Positions 14,086 to 26,773 of a stretch of DNA of 64,000 nucleotides are shown piece by piece (position 1 is the stretch's first letter; the number at the start of each line of letters is the position of its first letter). Both the position numbers and the translations under genes were made by a program. Source of the DNA: Eledone cirrhosa (lineage: Eukaryota). The DNA lies in contig OZ024743.1 in NCBI GenBank assembly GCA_964016885.1, positions 128,340,001 through 128,404,000 on the forward strand, read 5' to 3'. The notes under the pieces were generated by a model. That model saw nothing but the letters and a program-made list of their open reading frames with translations, did no database searches and had not been told where the DNA came from.

Positions 14086-14118
<33 letters not shown>

Positions 14119-14341
14119 AATGATGATGATGATGAGGATGGTGATGATGATGTATATGTATATATATATATATATATATAAATTTAAGAATAAACAGGGG
14201 CTGTGTAGTTGCTGGATAAGGTGTACTTATAAAAAGAGGAAAGCAAGAACGGGAGAAAATTTTCCTTCATCAGTTGTCTGCTGGGGGTCTTGGACATTTC
14301 AACATATATATATATATATATATGCCTTTCATAGATAATGA

Positions 14342-14376
<35 letters not shown>

Positions 14377-14450
14377 TAGAAAGTGAGGTTTTTTTTACAA
14401 AATGAAAAATAACCGGTGTCCTACACGAGTGAAAGTATAAAGAAAAAAAG

Positions 14451-14721
14451 ATGAAATCGAAAATGCAACTGGAGTCTTATTTAAAAAAAATATATATATA
14501 TATTTATTTGGTTCCTTTACCGGTTTCGCAGTTCTTCTGCTTTTTAAAAGTAGAGTTGAGATGGAGGGTCTGGTTTTTCTCACATGATGTGAGAAAAACC
14601 AGACCCTCCATCTCAACTCTACTTTTAAAAAGCAGAAGAACTGCGAAACCGGTAAAGGAACCAAATAAATATATATATATATTTTTTTTAAATAAGACTC
14701 CAGTTGCATTTTCGATTTCAT
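14451..14721. repeat. Perfect 271-bp palindrome (135-bp arms, 1-nt spacer at 14586) with a decayed HHR-like motif
   Basis: The centre reads CTCACAT g ATGTGAG. The arms contain TTAAAAA GCAG-aagaa-CTGC GAAAC CG GTA AAGG. Flanked by (TA)n and (TC)n. Confidence 0.92.
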
Positions 14722-14723
14722 TT

Positions 14724-14777
<54 letters not shown>

Positions 14778-15311
14778 CACATACAATGGTGTTGATGATA
14801 TATCAGTGGGTGTGTGTGCATGTATATACATATGTGTGCATGTATATACATATGTGTGTATACAGAAATACAACTATCATGTCTCACCCTTTACCTATAT
14901 AGGAGGTGCTGAAGAACTAGCTAAATGAAATTGTCAAATGGATAATTATTAATAATCTAAATACTAGAAACAATCTGTGTAGAGTTCCAAAAAAAACATG
15001 ATAAGGATCTTATAAGTAGTTTCCCTTTAAAATCAATTATTTCAACAATCAATGATCAACAATTTAAAATTCTAAGTGGATTCTTGAAATAGAAGCAAAT
15101 ATTTAACATTTTATGCACCATAATTAGTTGGTGAACTGGCAGGGTCGTTAGAATGTTGAATAGAGTGCTTTGTGGTATTTGTTCCAACTCTCTGCTCTTT
15201 CAGTTCTAATTCCACTGAGGTAAACTTTACCTTTCATCTATTCAGGTCGATAAAAAAAAGTACCATTCCAGTACTGGAGTCGATTCATTTTTTTCATTTT
15301 TCTTTTTTTTT

Positions 15312-15634
15312 TTTTACGTTCGCTTTTCCCTGCTTGCAAGGGTGGGACGGGAACTGATTCTGGCTTGATTTCTACAGCTGGATGCCCTTCCTAACATCAA
15401 CCTTATTTACAGTGAGTGCTGGGTGCTTTTTTTGCCGTGACACCTCCACGACCACTTTGCAGTGGAATGATATGGACCCCAGTCCCTATCATCTCATTTC
15501 TACAGCTGAGTAAACTGGAGCAATGTGAAATAAAGTGTCTTGCTCAAGGAAACAACACATCACCCGGTCTGAGAATTGAACTCACAACCTTTCGATTGCA
15601 AAGCCAATGCTCTAACCACTAAGCCATGTGCCTC
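15312..15634 (-). mobile_element. tRNA-head SINE, family B, with RTE-derived 3' tail
   Basis: Reverse-complement copy of 47534-47865. Confidence 0.85.
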
Positions 15635-15910
15635 TATATCTCTTTCTCACTGCCTTTTTCTTCCTCTCTATCCTTCTCTGGAAGAATCCTATGAACTCAG
15701 GCCTGGAGAGGAGATAGATTCTGCCAGATTTAAAATGCCCTAAGTAATGTTGTATTTCAATATGGTGCCTCTACGACTCCCTCAGGAGTTATGGCTCCAT
15801 ACTATACCAATTACCTGGGATGAATTAAATGAAGCCCTTCAGTAGAGTAATTGTAACATGTATCTATCTGTCTGTTTCTCTCTCTCTCCCTCTCTAACTA
15901 TCTATCTATC

Positions 15911-16611
15911 TCGAAAAAGATTTGTCCCAGATGCGTGTGCGACGAGGAAACCGTTGCACACGCATTGGTACACTGCTCGGGCATTGCCGATCTGTGGGGC
16001 TATGTCGAACAACTGCTGTCAAGGGTGGGAACGATCCGGTTGACCACCGAGTCTATTGTAATGATCAAGCCGCCTCCCCTCTTCAAAAACGAAGGAGAGG
16101 CGGTGTTTCTGTGCGTAATAGCCATAGCGAAAGAGGTTGTATGGTGGACGCGTCTGAAAGGACTGAGGTTAGACACCTTTCTCTCTGGCCAACAACTGGT
16201 CCGTTTCTTCCGATATCATTTCGGAAGAAGGATCAGGATGGAGAGAGAGGTGCTGCACCCCAGCCGTTTTTATGAAAGATGGGTGAAAGTGGCGAGAATG
16301 GCCCGTGTGAATGGGCCTTCACTCTACATCAGACTATAGGTGAGGAAGATGAAAGATCAAGGGAGCACCCCCTCTCTGTGCTTCTGAGGAGAAGGGTTGC
16401 ACACTTTTTTTCGGGGGTGTGTGCGACCCCCCAAGGCGCCTCCTCCCTATTGAGGATTGTGTTATAAAATTTATTTTGTTATATTTTATTTTATTTTTAT
16501 ACTTTTATATTTTGTTGCTGCCTCCTCCATATTGAGGACGCCTTTGCATGTAAACTCCCCCCTTTGTACTTGTCCCACTTTTGATGCCCTGGTGGCAAAT
16601 AAAAAGAAAGT
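15911..16611 (+). mobile_element. 5'-truncated L1/Tx1-clade LINE (zf-RVT/CCHC C-terminus and 3' UTR) inserted in (TATC)n
   Basis: CPRC..(frameshift)..EETVAHALVHC...LW...AKEVVWWTR...FYERW is a typical Tx1/L1 ORF2 end. It has an AATAAA/A-rich tail and TATCTATCTATCT on both sides. Confidence 0.85.
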
Positions 16612-16870
16612 TATCTATCTATCTGTCTATTCCATCACATTCATACGCTGGCTTTTTTTCTTTTACTCCAATCAGTTTCTTGCTCTTATCACCTTTGATC
16701 ACTCTTTCTTCCTCATCTCTAGGTGAGTGGAAAAAAATGAAAAAGAATTGTAAATATAGGGTAGATATAAATATTATAAATATATAGAGAAGATGAAGTT
16801 AATAGTATAAATATAAAAACATGATAGATATATAAATTGAAGATGAGGTTAATAGTGTATGTGTATACAT

Positions 16871-16902
<32 letters not shown>

Positions 16903-16905
<3 letters not shown>

Positions 16906-17095
16906 GGAACGAGTAGGACCACGACGGCTGAGCTCAAGCCGTTTCGACGGCTAATTCTGGACTAGAATTAGCCGTCGAAATGGCTTGAGCTCAGCCATCG
17001 GGGTCCTACCTCGTTCCTATTACCCACTCTACCCTAAGTATTGAGTACTTTGGTGCGTTATGGTCCATCTGGTTCCTTACCACATTTCCTTCGTT
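16903..17095 (+). mobile_element. Short fold-back element in (TA)n with the 3' half of an HHR (same family as 3455-3642, opposite orientation)
   Basis: Arms at about 16903-16958 and 16964-17020 with loop GGACT. Contains GAAACGGCT-tgagctc-AGCCGTC. The unique tail matches the reverse complement of 3455-3531. Confidence 0.7.
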
Positions 17096-17146
<51 letters not shown>

Positions 17147-17176
17147 GCCAATCTCTCGGACTTTGAAGTGCTGAGA

Positions 17177-17398
17177 ATATAGAATTAATGTAAAAAGGAT
17201 GATGTGCTCATTTACAGAGATACTATAAAATTTGGTTATAAAAAAATCTCCCAGATACCGAGCCGGTAGCTGGGAGATATGACGTTCAGTTCCTCATAGT
17301 GGCTGATAGTAACTACTTTTTCAGTCTTTTAAGGGTCTTCACCTTATTTTATAGCATGCCCATGCAGGAGCACATCATCCTTTACATTAATTCTATAT
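17177..17398. mobile_element. MITE-like element with 30-50 bp terminal inverted repeats and an internal hairpin
   Basis: ATAGAATTAATGTAAAAAGGATGATGTGCTC at the left end and GAGCACATCATCCTTTACATTAATTCTAT at the right. Internal ATCTCCCAG...CTGGGAGAT. Confidence 0.65.
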
Positions 17399-18038
17399 GT
17401 GTATGTATGTATTTATAAGTTGTGAAGTTTCATTTTTCAAATCCCTAATCATACTTTGAATTGGCAAAGCCTCACTTTGAACTCATATGTCTAATGACAC
17501 CATTTATGATTTTCAAATAATTTTGTGTCAGTACTCAATTGCAGCTACTGGGTTCCTCAGGCCTGCCAAAGGTTCACATCTCATAGATGGTCCTGTGTTC
17601 TACTGAGTGCAATTTATTGTTACACCAGCACTCAGTAGGTTGTCATATCTTTCTCACAATTGAAGGTTAATAGTGTAGGTGTAAATCAGTGGTTCTCAAC
17701 GGTGGGCCAAGGGCCCACTCAGTGTGCCTGGGACAATTTTGAGTGGGCCCAGAAAAATTTCAGTGGGCCTGGAAATTTTTTCAGACTTTCTTGGAACTTA
17801 AGATCACACAAAATGACAAACTTTTTTTAAGTCTGAATGTTCTGTGATAAAATCACATGACTTAAGTTGACCTGCATTATTTGGGGTGCAATAACGCAGA
17901 CACCTGCATATGTCTGCGTTCTTGCACATTCATGCACACCTGTGCCTACTCAAGGCATATATGTTCCAGAAATCTTGGACGCTATAAATGTGGGTGCAAT
18001 AGAAATGAAATTGAGTTGAGGTTTTTACATTTCGTCTT

Positions 18039-18322
18039 GGGTTACTGAATTAATTTCGCCCGGTGAACCCCAACAAAAGTTACTCCCGTTGTTTATATCT
18101 GTAAAGTGACTAAAACAAATGTAATATATTTATGGTTAGGGTTAATTCAACCCTAACCCAACCCCTAAGCCTAAAAAATAACCCTAACCCAACCCTAACC
18201 CTAAAAAATATATTACATTTGTTTTAATCTTTAGTCACTTTACGGATATAAACAAGGGGAGAAACTTTGTTTGGGGTTCACTGGGCAAAATTAATTCAGT
18301 GGCGAAATTAATTCTGCACCCC
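18039..18322. mobile_element. Mutator-like MITE with a 9-bp TSD and a central telomere-like (CCCTAA) block
   Basis: TSD TTTCGTCTT at 18030-18038 and 18323-18331. TIRs are GGGTTACTGAATTAATTTCGCC and GGCGAAATTAATTCTGCACCCC, with long internal inverted arms. Confidence 0.82.
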
Positions 18323-18487
18323 TTTCGTCTTGCGGATCTGTTTTGCAGTCTTTACTGGGTGAGTTTGCTGTTTTCTATAAACAATTTCCAACCTTTTTAT
18401 TGTTATTCTTTATGTTAAAAGTGAACAATGTCTTTTTTCTTGTATAATAAAGTTGTTCCACATTTTTAATGTCATTAAGGCAACATA

Positions 18488-18790
18488 CAGAGTGGGCCAA
18501 AAGTATGTACACTATTAGTAAAAATGCATTTTACAAAGAAAGAATATGCTATTACATTAATTTGTACTTTTTTAAGCAATTTATATAGCTTTTCGGTACG
18601 CGGTAATCGCGTCTAGAATCATTTGTAGATAATTATTTCCAACCACAGTTCCATAAATGAAATTTGGTCCGTCAACGCTTTTGTTGGCCAGGTTGTCCAC
18701 ATTGCGTGATAAAGCAGTTATATCTTCGGAATAAAATGATTCGTTCAGATTTAGCCTTAAATAATATGACATACATGAAAAGGGCTTGCA
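18488..18790 (-). mobile_element. Tc1/mariner-like remnant
   Basis: TA|CAGAGTGGGCCAAAAGTATGTACAC resembles a TIR end. The peptide VDGPNFIYGTVVGNNYLQMI resembles the GP-FF-GTV-G--YL-ML motif of IS630/Tc1/mariner transposases. Confidence 0.5.
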
Positions 18791-18883
18791 AAACGATAAT
18801 TGTTAATTTGCCATGATATCTAACATTTACCAGCCTTTTTGCTGTTTTCTTTCGTTTTAGTTTTATCTAATTTTGTCAGTGTC

Positions 18884-19850
18884 ATGTCATCGAATTCTAC
18901 CAAACGACCGTTTACTAGGAGCTATAATGAATACTTTCTACTTCTCAGCTTTGCACCATCAGAAATCGATTCCGATAGGCCCAAATGTGTGGAGTGTGGA
19001 AAGTTAATGACAAATGATTCCATGAAGAAGTCAAAGTTATTACCGCATCAAAAAGCTGCACACCCGACCTCCGTTGGAAGAAGTGTTGAATATTTTAAGA
19101 ATAAGTTGGAAACACGCAGAAGAAAGTCACAACTTCCGATGCAGATGTTCATGCAAAAAAAGAACGATGTTAACAAAAAGGAACTTAAATTGAGTTATAT
19201 CGTAAGTGAAATCGTCACAAAGGTGTGTAAACCTCACACGATCACCGAACTCCTGGTAAAACCGGCCATGCTTGCGTGTGCAAAGGAAATGCTGGGAGAA
19301 GAATCCACCAATATTTTATCGAAAATTCCACTTTCCAATGACACAATCAAACGCAGACAGGATGAAATGGCAGCAGATATTGAAAATCAGCTGGTGCAGA
19401 AGCTTCGAGTACTCAAATTTTCTCTCCAAATTGATGAAACGACTCTTCATAACTGTGCATTTCTTCTTGCCTATGTTCGGTTCATTGAGGGAACGTGTAT
19501 TCGTGAAGAAATGCTTTTTATGAAATCATTGAAAGACACAAAAAGCGAATCCATTTTTGCATCAGTGTATGAATATGTTGAAGAAAAAAAACATCCCACT
19601 TTCTAATCTACTTCAGATTGCCACAGACGGTGCAAAAGCTATGACGGGTGTACATAATGGATTCATTGCAAAAACCGCACGTCTTATCCATACACTGCAT
19701 CATTCACCGTCAACACCTTGCAGCCAAATGCCTAAGTAGCGACATGGAGCATGCACATCAAGTTGCTATTTCAAGTGTTAAAGCGAATGGTCTCTACGAA
19801 TGATTGTTTTCAGAACTGTGTGAAAATGAAGAACATATATACATTTTATT
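18884..19850 (+). pseudogene. hAT transposase pseudogene (ZBED8/SCAND3/FAM200-like)
   Basis: BED-like PKCVECGK...DSMKKSKL..H....H, then KPHTITELLVKPA, KIPLSNDTIKRR and FSLQIDETT. After a frameshift near 19590 it continues IATDGAKAMTG and H.LHCIIHRQHLA. Confidence 0.9.
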
Positions 19851-20574
19851 TCAATTAATTAACTCTTAACATATGTACCACATGAAATCTCATTAGCAAG
19901 ACAGTCTTGAACACATACAAAACAGCTCTGTGGCTACATCCCATGAAAATACTTGCTCTAATACTACAAATTTTCACAATGATCTGTCCACTAGGAAAGA
20001 TACTATAAACATTGGAAATAACAAGCTCGTTTTTAGATAATTTTTGCAAAATCATTCCAGAATGTAGATTATACTGTAGTTCCCTGAAAGTATGAAACTT
20101 CCTTTTGGACAGGACTCTAATCCTTATATTTTCAGCTGGCCTTCTTCCAATGTTAACAAGAATTATTATAGAGCAGTGGATTGGCAGTATTGTTTTACGG
20201 GTTATGACCTTTTACGTTCTGAGTTCAAATCCTGCTGAAGTTAGCTTTGCCTTTCATCCTTACAGGGTTGATAAAATACAGTACCAGTAATGCACAGGGA
20301 TCGATTTAATCGACTTTGCTCCCCCATAAGTTGTTGGCCTTGTGCCTAAATCAGAAACCTTTATTATTACAGTTGTTGATGTTACTGATGAAACATGCTT
20401 AAAACATTACTATATCAGTATGTGGGTGAGGAGATAAACTAAGTCTCCTACACTTGTTCTTTCAGCCCACCCTGATTACTAAATAAAATAAATGAGTTTT
20501 TGTTTTAATTAAACAATAAACTAAATATAAAGATAACCATCTCCCATCCTCCTGTACGTCTCTTCTGTTACAAC

Positions 20575-20880
20575 AACCTCCACAACCACCACCACCATCA
20601 ACAACACTATCACCAGTACTGCCACCATCTGCACTGCAATCACTACAACCTCCTCAGTCATCGCCACAACTATCATCACCATTACCACTGCCACCATTAC
20701 CAGCACCATCACCAGTACTACCACCACTACCATCATCATTACTAGTATCATTGCCAATACTACCACCACCACCTTCACCATTACAAATACCACCACCACA
20801 CTCAACAACACCAATACCACCACCACCATCAAAACCACCAGTTCCACCACCAATATCACCACAATGCCACCGCCACTGTT
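20575..20880. repeat. Degenerate (ACC/ACT/ATC)n trinucleotide tract
   Basis: Directly visible. It gives the poly-V ORF. Confidence 0.85.
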
Positions 20881-21957
20881 AATACAGAAATGATGAGTGG
20901 AAATGTTTTGATAGCATGACATTTATAAGTAATTGAACACTGTCAGGGCCAGTAAGATCAGAGTTTTAATGAAGCATACTTTTACCAAAAATATGTCATT
21001 CCAATCTAGTTAGTATGTAGCTTATTGAACCACTTGATTTATGGGTTCAATTCCAGATAGAGGACTGAATTTTTGCTTTTGCCTTATTTTATTTTTTCCT
21101 TATCACCATCATTGTTTTTACATAGACTTTTCCATGCTGGCATGGGCTGGACAGGACTTCTTTGGGTAATGTTTTACAACTGGATGCCCAGCCTGACACC
21201 AAACCTTTTAGACACTTCTTATGACATAAGGATACAGTGTACCTATTCCTAAACCAGATATTGTTGCTAAAATACTTTTACATTCATATTTTTAATATAA
21301 TATTAATTCAATCTCCTATCAAACACCATCAACCAGCATAAGCTATCACTCACTCCCTTACCATTTCATCAATCTGATTTCCCTTATCACACCCATATTA
21401 ATATACTTTCCTCTTTCAACCTCTTATTCATAACTTTCTTTCTATTCACATATTCAGTTATATTTGCCTTCACTGAGCAGATATTACATGGAGTAGAGTG
21501 GTGTCTTTACTTTTGTAGGAGATAAGACACTCTTTCTCTAGCTCTAGATAAAATGCACCTAGTATTCTGTGTAAAGTAGTTAGCAATGGAACAGTGACAA
21601 TTTAGAATAAAAAGGACTCATTAGCCATGCTAAGAACTTGACAACCTCTCTACTGTTGGTGCCAGGATACAATATACCCACTACCCTCTGTAAAGTGGTT
21701 GATGTTAGGAAGGGCATCTAGCCATGGAAACCATACCCAAAATGGAATGTATGAGAAAAATGCGGTTGCCAGATCTGTCCATCCAACCCATGCTAGTATG
21801 GAAAATGGACATAAAATGATGATAATGCTCTCCATGGCAGTGAAGGGTGAATTTATGTGGAAATTTACAAGTAATACCAGAGTGAACGAGTCTTTATACA
21901 CTTGAATGCATTTCTTAACATTTAACACTTTCATCAAATAGCTGCTTTTGTTTTTCA

Positions 21958-22170
21958 ATATTGGCAGTATCGGTAGCAGGTCGGCCGCGATGCTTTGCAG
22001 CATAGAGTTACGGCCCTTTATGATCTGAGTTCAAATCCCGCCGGGGTTAACTTTGCCTTTCATCCTTACGTGGTCGATAAAATAAAGTACCAGTCATGCA
22101 CTGGGGTCGATTTAATCGACTTTCGCCTCCCCCCAAAATTGCTGGCCTTGTGTCTATATAAGAAACCAAT
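21958..22170 (+). mobile_element. tRNA-related SINE, family A (well preserved, CpG-rich)
   Basis: TGGCAGTATCGGTAG (A-box-like), then GAGTTCAAATCCCG (B box), then GCTGGCCTTGTG. Confidence 0.78.
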
Positions 22171-23189
22171 ATTGCTAGAAACAACTCTCTTGATACCAGT
22201 GGCTCTGAAACAATTAGTTATATATTAGCATATCTTTTTGATGAAGAACAGTGACCACAGATCTTGTATGTGAAGATCTAGGCCAGACTGGACAAGATAT
22301 GCAGTCTAAAGATCTCATTTATGAAGATTTAGTCCATATTGGATACATATATTCAGCAGATGAGTAACATAGAACCAAAGCCATTATTTCAAAGTTGTTA
22401 GTTTCTATAGAATACTATTCCATGTACTCAAATTGGCCCTTAAATTATATCAGTGTTTCTTGAATGATATTCTATGTTCTAGGAATATACCAAAATATGT
22501 GGGATTGAATCTTTGTTTAATTTAATATTTAATTTCTTATTTTCTTCCTTATTTCTTAGATGGAATGCAAAAACTTGTGTTTTCACAGGATTAACAATCA
22601 ACTCTTTTGACATCAAACTAAATGTAACCAACCACAATATTCTACAATATCTAAAATCCTTCCATTCATAATTTTATATAAGAATTTTTCTTCAGTTAAG
22701 TTCCAAATATCAGCTCAATAATGAGAATGTTAGACATTTTATTAAATCCCTCCAAATTCTTGATTATTTTCAAAATTATTTGAAAATCAGAGGTAATGTT
22801 TTTTTTTTATTAGAAATATGGTAATGAATGGGTTAAATTAATGTCAATATCAACATTACCATCATCATTGTTTGACATCTATTTTTCATGCTGGCATGGG
22901 TTGGATAGATTATGACTCACATCAGTTCTTATTCGACATTCCTGCTCTCCCAGATGGGCCAGAGGATCATGTCTCACTTCTCTCTTATACATTCTAACTT
23001 TTGTCTTTATGTATGTAAGGTATGGTCCTGCAACTCCTGATGGAGTCGTAGGGGTTCCGTATTGACATACAGTGTTTCTTGGGCATTTAAAGCCTAGTGG
23101 AGCCCATCCCTCTCCAGGCCTCAGTACACCAGATTTCTTGCAGAGAAGGATAGAAAGTGAGAGGGAGAACGTGAGAAAGAGATACAGAG

Positions 23190-23968
23190 GAGGAATCGAC
23201 TCCAATACTAGTAGACTGGTACTTTTATATTGACCTTGAAAGGATGAAAGGCAAAGTTGACATTGACAGGATTTGAACTCAGAGAAAGCAAAGAGCTGGA
23301 ACGAATACCACAAAGCATTATGTCCGATGTTCTAACGACTCTGCTAATTTGCCACCGTTAATAGTAATAGCTTATTATGTGTGTAGTGGTTATGGTGGCT
23401 CCATAAAAAAATGCATTCAGTACATAATTTTGTTAATTCAAATATTCGTAGCTTCTTTACTAGTTGACTTGTGTATGACCGATTGACAGAGTGTTGAATT
23501 AATGTTTCCTTTTGTTTTGATTCTATATTTCTATGTGAACTATTCATTTAATTAAATAATTGTTTCTACGTTTTGGCACAAGGCCAGCAATTACCTAGTG
23601 CATTACTGGTACTTTATTTTATCGACCCCGTAAGGATGAAAGGCAAAGTTAACCTCGGCGGCATTTGAACTCAGAATGGCAAGGGCCGTAACTCTATGCA
23701 TCAAAGCATGGCGTCCGACCCTCTACCGATACTGCCAATCCACCTATTAAATAATGGTTGCTGATTTAGGCACAAGGCCAGCAATTTTGAGGAAGGGGTA
23801 AGTCGGTTAAATGGACCCCCATGCATCACAGGTACTTTATTTTATCGACCCCATAAGGATGAAAGGCAAAGCTAACTTGGCGGGATTTGAACTCAGAACA
23901 TAAAGGGCCATAACTCTATGTTGGAAAGCAGGATGTCTGATGCTCTACCGATACTGCCAATCCACCAG
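23190..23968 (-). mobile_element. Cluster of three family-A SINE copies (~23190-23358, 23560-23745, 23757-23968)
   Basis: Three co-oriented matches to the family core. Confidence 0.75.
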
Positions 23969-25587
23969 TGATATATGTGTAAGTGCTGAATTTTGAAATT
24001 TGACAGATCATTTGGAAAATTTGCAGTACAAAGCCTAATTTTTCATGTGATGCAGTCATTGTGCTATCTTTTGTATCTTTTCAAAAATGTTTTGCTAATA
24101 TAGTTTCTTGTAGTACATGACAGTTAAGAGTTAAAGCAGCACTGGTGGTTGTTTTCAATGCCATTTATATGTCCCCATTTGACTCTCTATACATAAATCA
24201 GCAAGATTACATGGAGCTTTATAGTTTATTACCAATCTTCTTGAAACCATTGGGTGTCGTCACCTAACTATATTCCTAATGTTTTAATTTGTCACCAGAG
24301 AACTATATTTTCTCCTTAAAAGAGCAAAAGATAAACGTGTGTGTGTGTGTGTGTATACATGTGCAAATATACAAACACACACATATCTCATACTTTTTCT
24401 TTTCTAAGTTAACAAGACAGCAATCTTGTATCTTTAAAACAAGTCAAGAGAAAGTGTGTGTGTGAGAGAGAGAATCACTTTTAAGGTTACTGAAAAGGAT
24501 ATATTATAAATAGATTAAAACACACACACATATGTGTATATGTGTGTGCGCGCGCGTGCGTGTGTGTGTGTGTAATACGCACACTTAGCAGTAAACAGTT
24601 TTTGTGGTTTTGGGGTTTTTTTTGGCAGAGAAGTCTCTTCTCAACCACACCGACTGTCTGTGAGGAAGTCAGATGTCAACATTCGTCAGACATAAAGAAT
24701 TTCAAACACAAAAAAGCCAAGAGTAATTAATGCCATTAATTTCCATGTGTTGAAAATGATTTTCTGAAAGGAAACCTACATCACAGCCACTTACATTTTC
24801 CCCCCAATTGCTTTTGATATTAGATGAAAACTAACATTCTTTCTAACTCTAACATGTTACAAAAGATGAGAGAGAATAGAGACAAGAAGAAGAAACAACC
24901 ACCATGTAATGTCAGTGGGTAATGGATAGTAAGAACATAGATTTAAAGAGAAGCTTGTCAAACAACATTAATAACTAATTTGAGTGTATGTATGTATGTA
25001 GGGGAAGGGAGCAGGCTAAAGAATGGAAGGATTGAGAATAGAAAAGCAATTGTGTGTGAGAGGCATATTTAGCTGCAATCAAAACACAGCCAGCCATTCC
25101 TAGCATGGAAGAGATAAATTAGCCTCTCTCTCTCTTCTGATTATCTTTTACTTGAAAGAAACTGGGAAGGAGCCAAAAGGCAATTCTAATTTATACATAC
25201 AAACCTTAGATTATTCTAGAAAATTAGACAAGTTCCAGAATAAAGTTTCTCTTGTAGTTTGTGGTTTAATGCTTGTATTAAGCTTTCCACTTTGTTAACT
25301 TACTTTGTCAATATATATTACTTTTGTCCCATTATGTTTGTAGTAGGAAAAAAATGCTGGGTGGTCTTCTGAAAGATTGAACAAGGTAAATAACTTACTT
25401 CTTATCGCTGTGTAATAGACCATTTATTACGATTACACACACACACACACACACAGATATATATGTGAGCAAGACATGGTCACCTGACCTGGCATTGCTC
25501 ACAACAGGACAACTTGTCTAATCCATGCTAGCATGGAAAAATTGATGTTAAATGGTGATGATGATGATGATGATTTTATATATATAT

Positions 25588-26773
25588 ATCATTATCACCA
25601 TTTTATGTCGATTCTTCCATGTTAGCATGGGTTAGACGGGCTGTTCTGTGGGGGGGGGGGGGGGGGGGCAATGTTAGGTCAGCTGACCTTGTCTTGTTCA
25701 TACGGGAACTGATCTTTACTTAATTTCTACAGCTGGATGCCCTTCCTAACACCAACCTCATTTACAGTGAGTGCTGGGTGCTTTTTTTCTGTGGCGCCTA
25801 CACGTCCACTTTACAGTGTGGGCTGAGTGCATTTTTGCCATGGCACCGCCACGACCACCTTGCAGTGGGAGGGTGTGGGGGCATATTATCTATATGCTTC
25901 AGCTTCGGGTTGTTCCCATGGGAAGTCAGGTCTTCTGTATTACTGCATAACACCAGAGGTCATAGTTGAGAGGTAAAATTGGCCAAGGTCCGCTTTTATC
26001 ACCTCATCCCAGGTCATCTTGGGTCTCCCCACTCCACGGCTTCCATCAACTTTTAGTGCTCTGCACCTTTTTATGCAGCTGTCATCATTTATACACATCA
26101 CATGTCCATACCAACGCATCCTCCTCTCCTGCACAAAGCATTTGATTCCTCTTATGCTCAGTCTCTCTCTCAGTTCATCTATGCTTTGCCGTTCGCTTAT
26201 ATTACTATTACACATCCATTGGAGCACGCAAGCTTCGTTTTTTTCTAATCTACGCAAGTCTTCTACACACAACGCTCAGGTCTCACTACCATGTAGCATT
26301 GCTGTTCGTATACACACATCATACAGTCTGCCCTTCATTTTGAGGGGAAAACCTTTTGCAGTTAGCAGTGGCAGTAGCTCCCTGAACTTCTTCCATCATG
26401 TTCTTACCCTGGTTACTGTACTTTCAGAACACCCACCTCTGCTGTTAATTCGGTCACCTAGGTAGCAGAAGCTAACTACTGTTTCTACAGAGCCCTCCCA
26501 GAGTTTGGTAGTGCTTGTTTCCTGTGGCTGTTTGCTGCTTACTGTCCCAACACAGCTGCTACATGTGAAGCCTACATTCCTAACTAAGCTTCCTGAGATC
26601 CCACTACATCTCTTGTGCACCCATAGTTTGCATTTGGGGCAGAGGATAGAATTCCTACCTACTGAGGGGATCTGGGTTTTGTTTTCTCGTCTACTTACAA
26701 GGACCTTCGTCTTTGACAGGTTGACTTTGAGCCCCCTTTTTTCTTATCCCTGCTTCTATGTTTGGAATTTCTT
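25588..26773 (-). mobile_element. Degenerate 5'-truncated RTE LINE (RT C-terminus, PHD remnant and 3' UTR)
   Basis: HKRCSGI...CSSC, SFCYLGD, LRRLEKNEA and RMRWYGHVM...GRPKMTW, with the 3' tail shared with the other copies. Confidence 0.9.

Larger units (their letters stand above)
17687..19855 (+). mobile_element. hAT (Buster/Charlie-type) DNA transposon, 3'-truncated, with nested insertions
   Basis: 5' TIR CAGTGGTTCTCAA is preceded by the 8-mer GTGTAAAT (NNNTANNN). The transposase lies downstream. No right TIR was found. Confidence 0.8.

Noticed and set aside
14255-14305. CTGATGA motifs at ~14267 (minus) and ~39083 (plus) as hammerheads
   Set aside because: No correctly placed stem II-GAAA-stem III follows either motif.
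18135-18205. Telomere or chromosome-fusion relic
   Set aside because: It is short, imperfect and enclosed by TIRs and a 9-bp TSD, so it is MITE-internal.
25347-25385. 39-nt plus-strand microexon (EKNAGWSSERLNK) with AG/GT ends
   Set aside because: The acceptor is weak, the segment is too short to distinguish from chance and it lies on the opposite strand to the better exon candidate.
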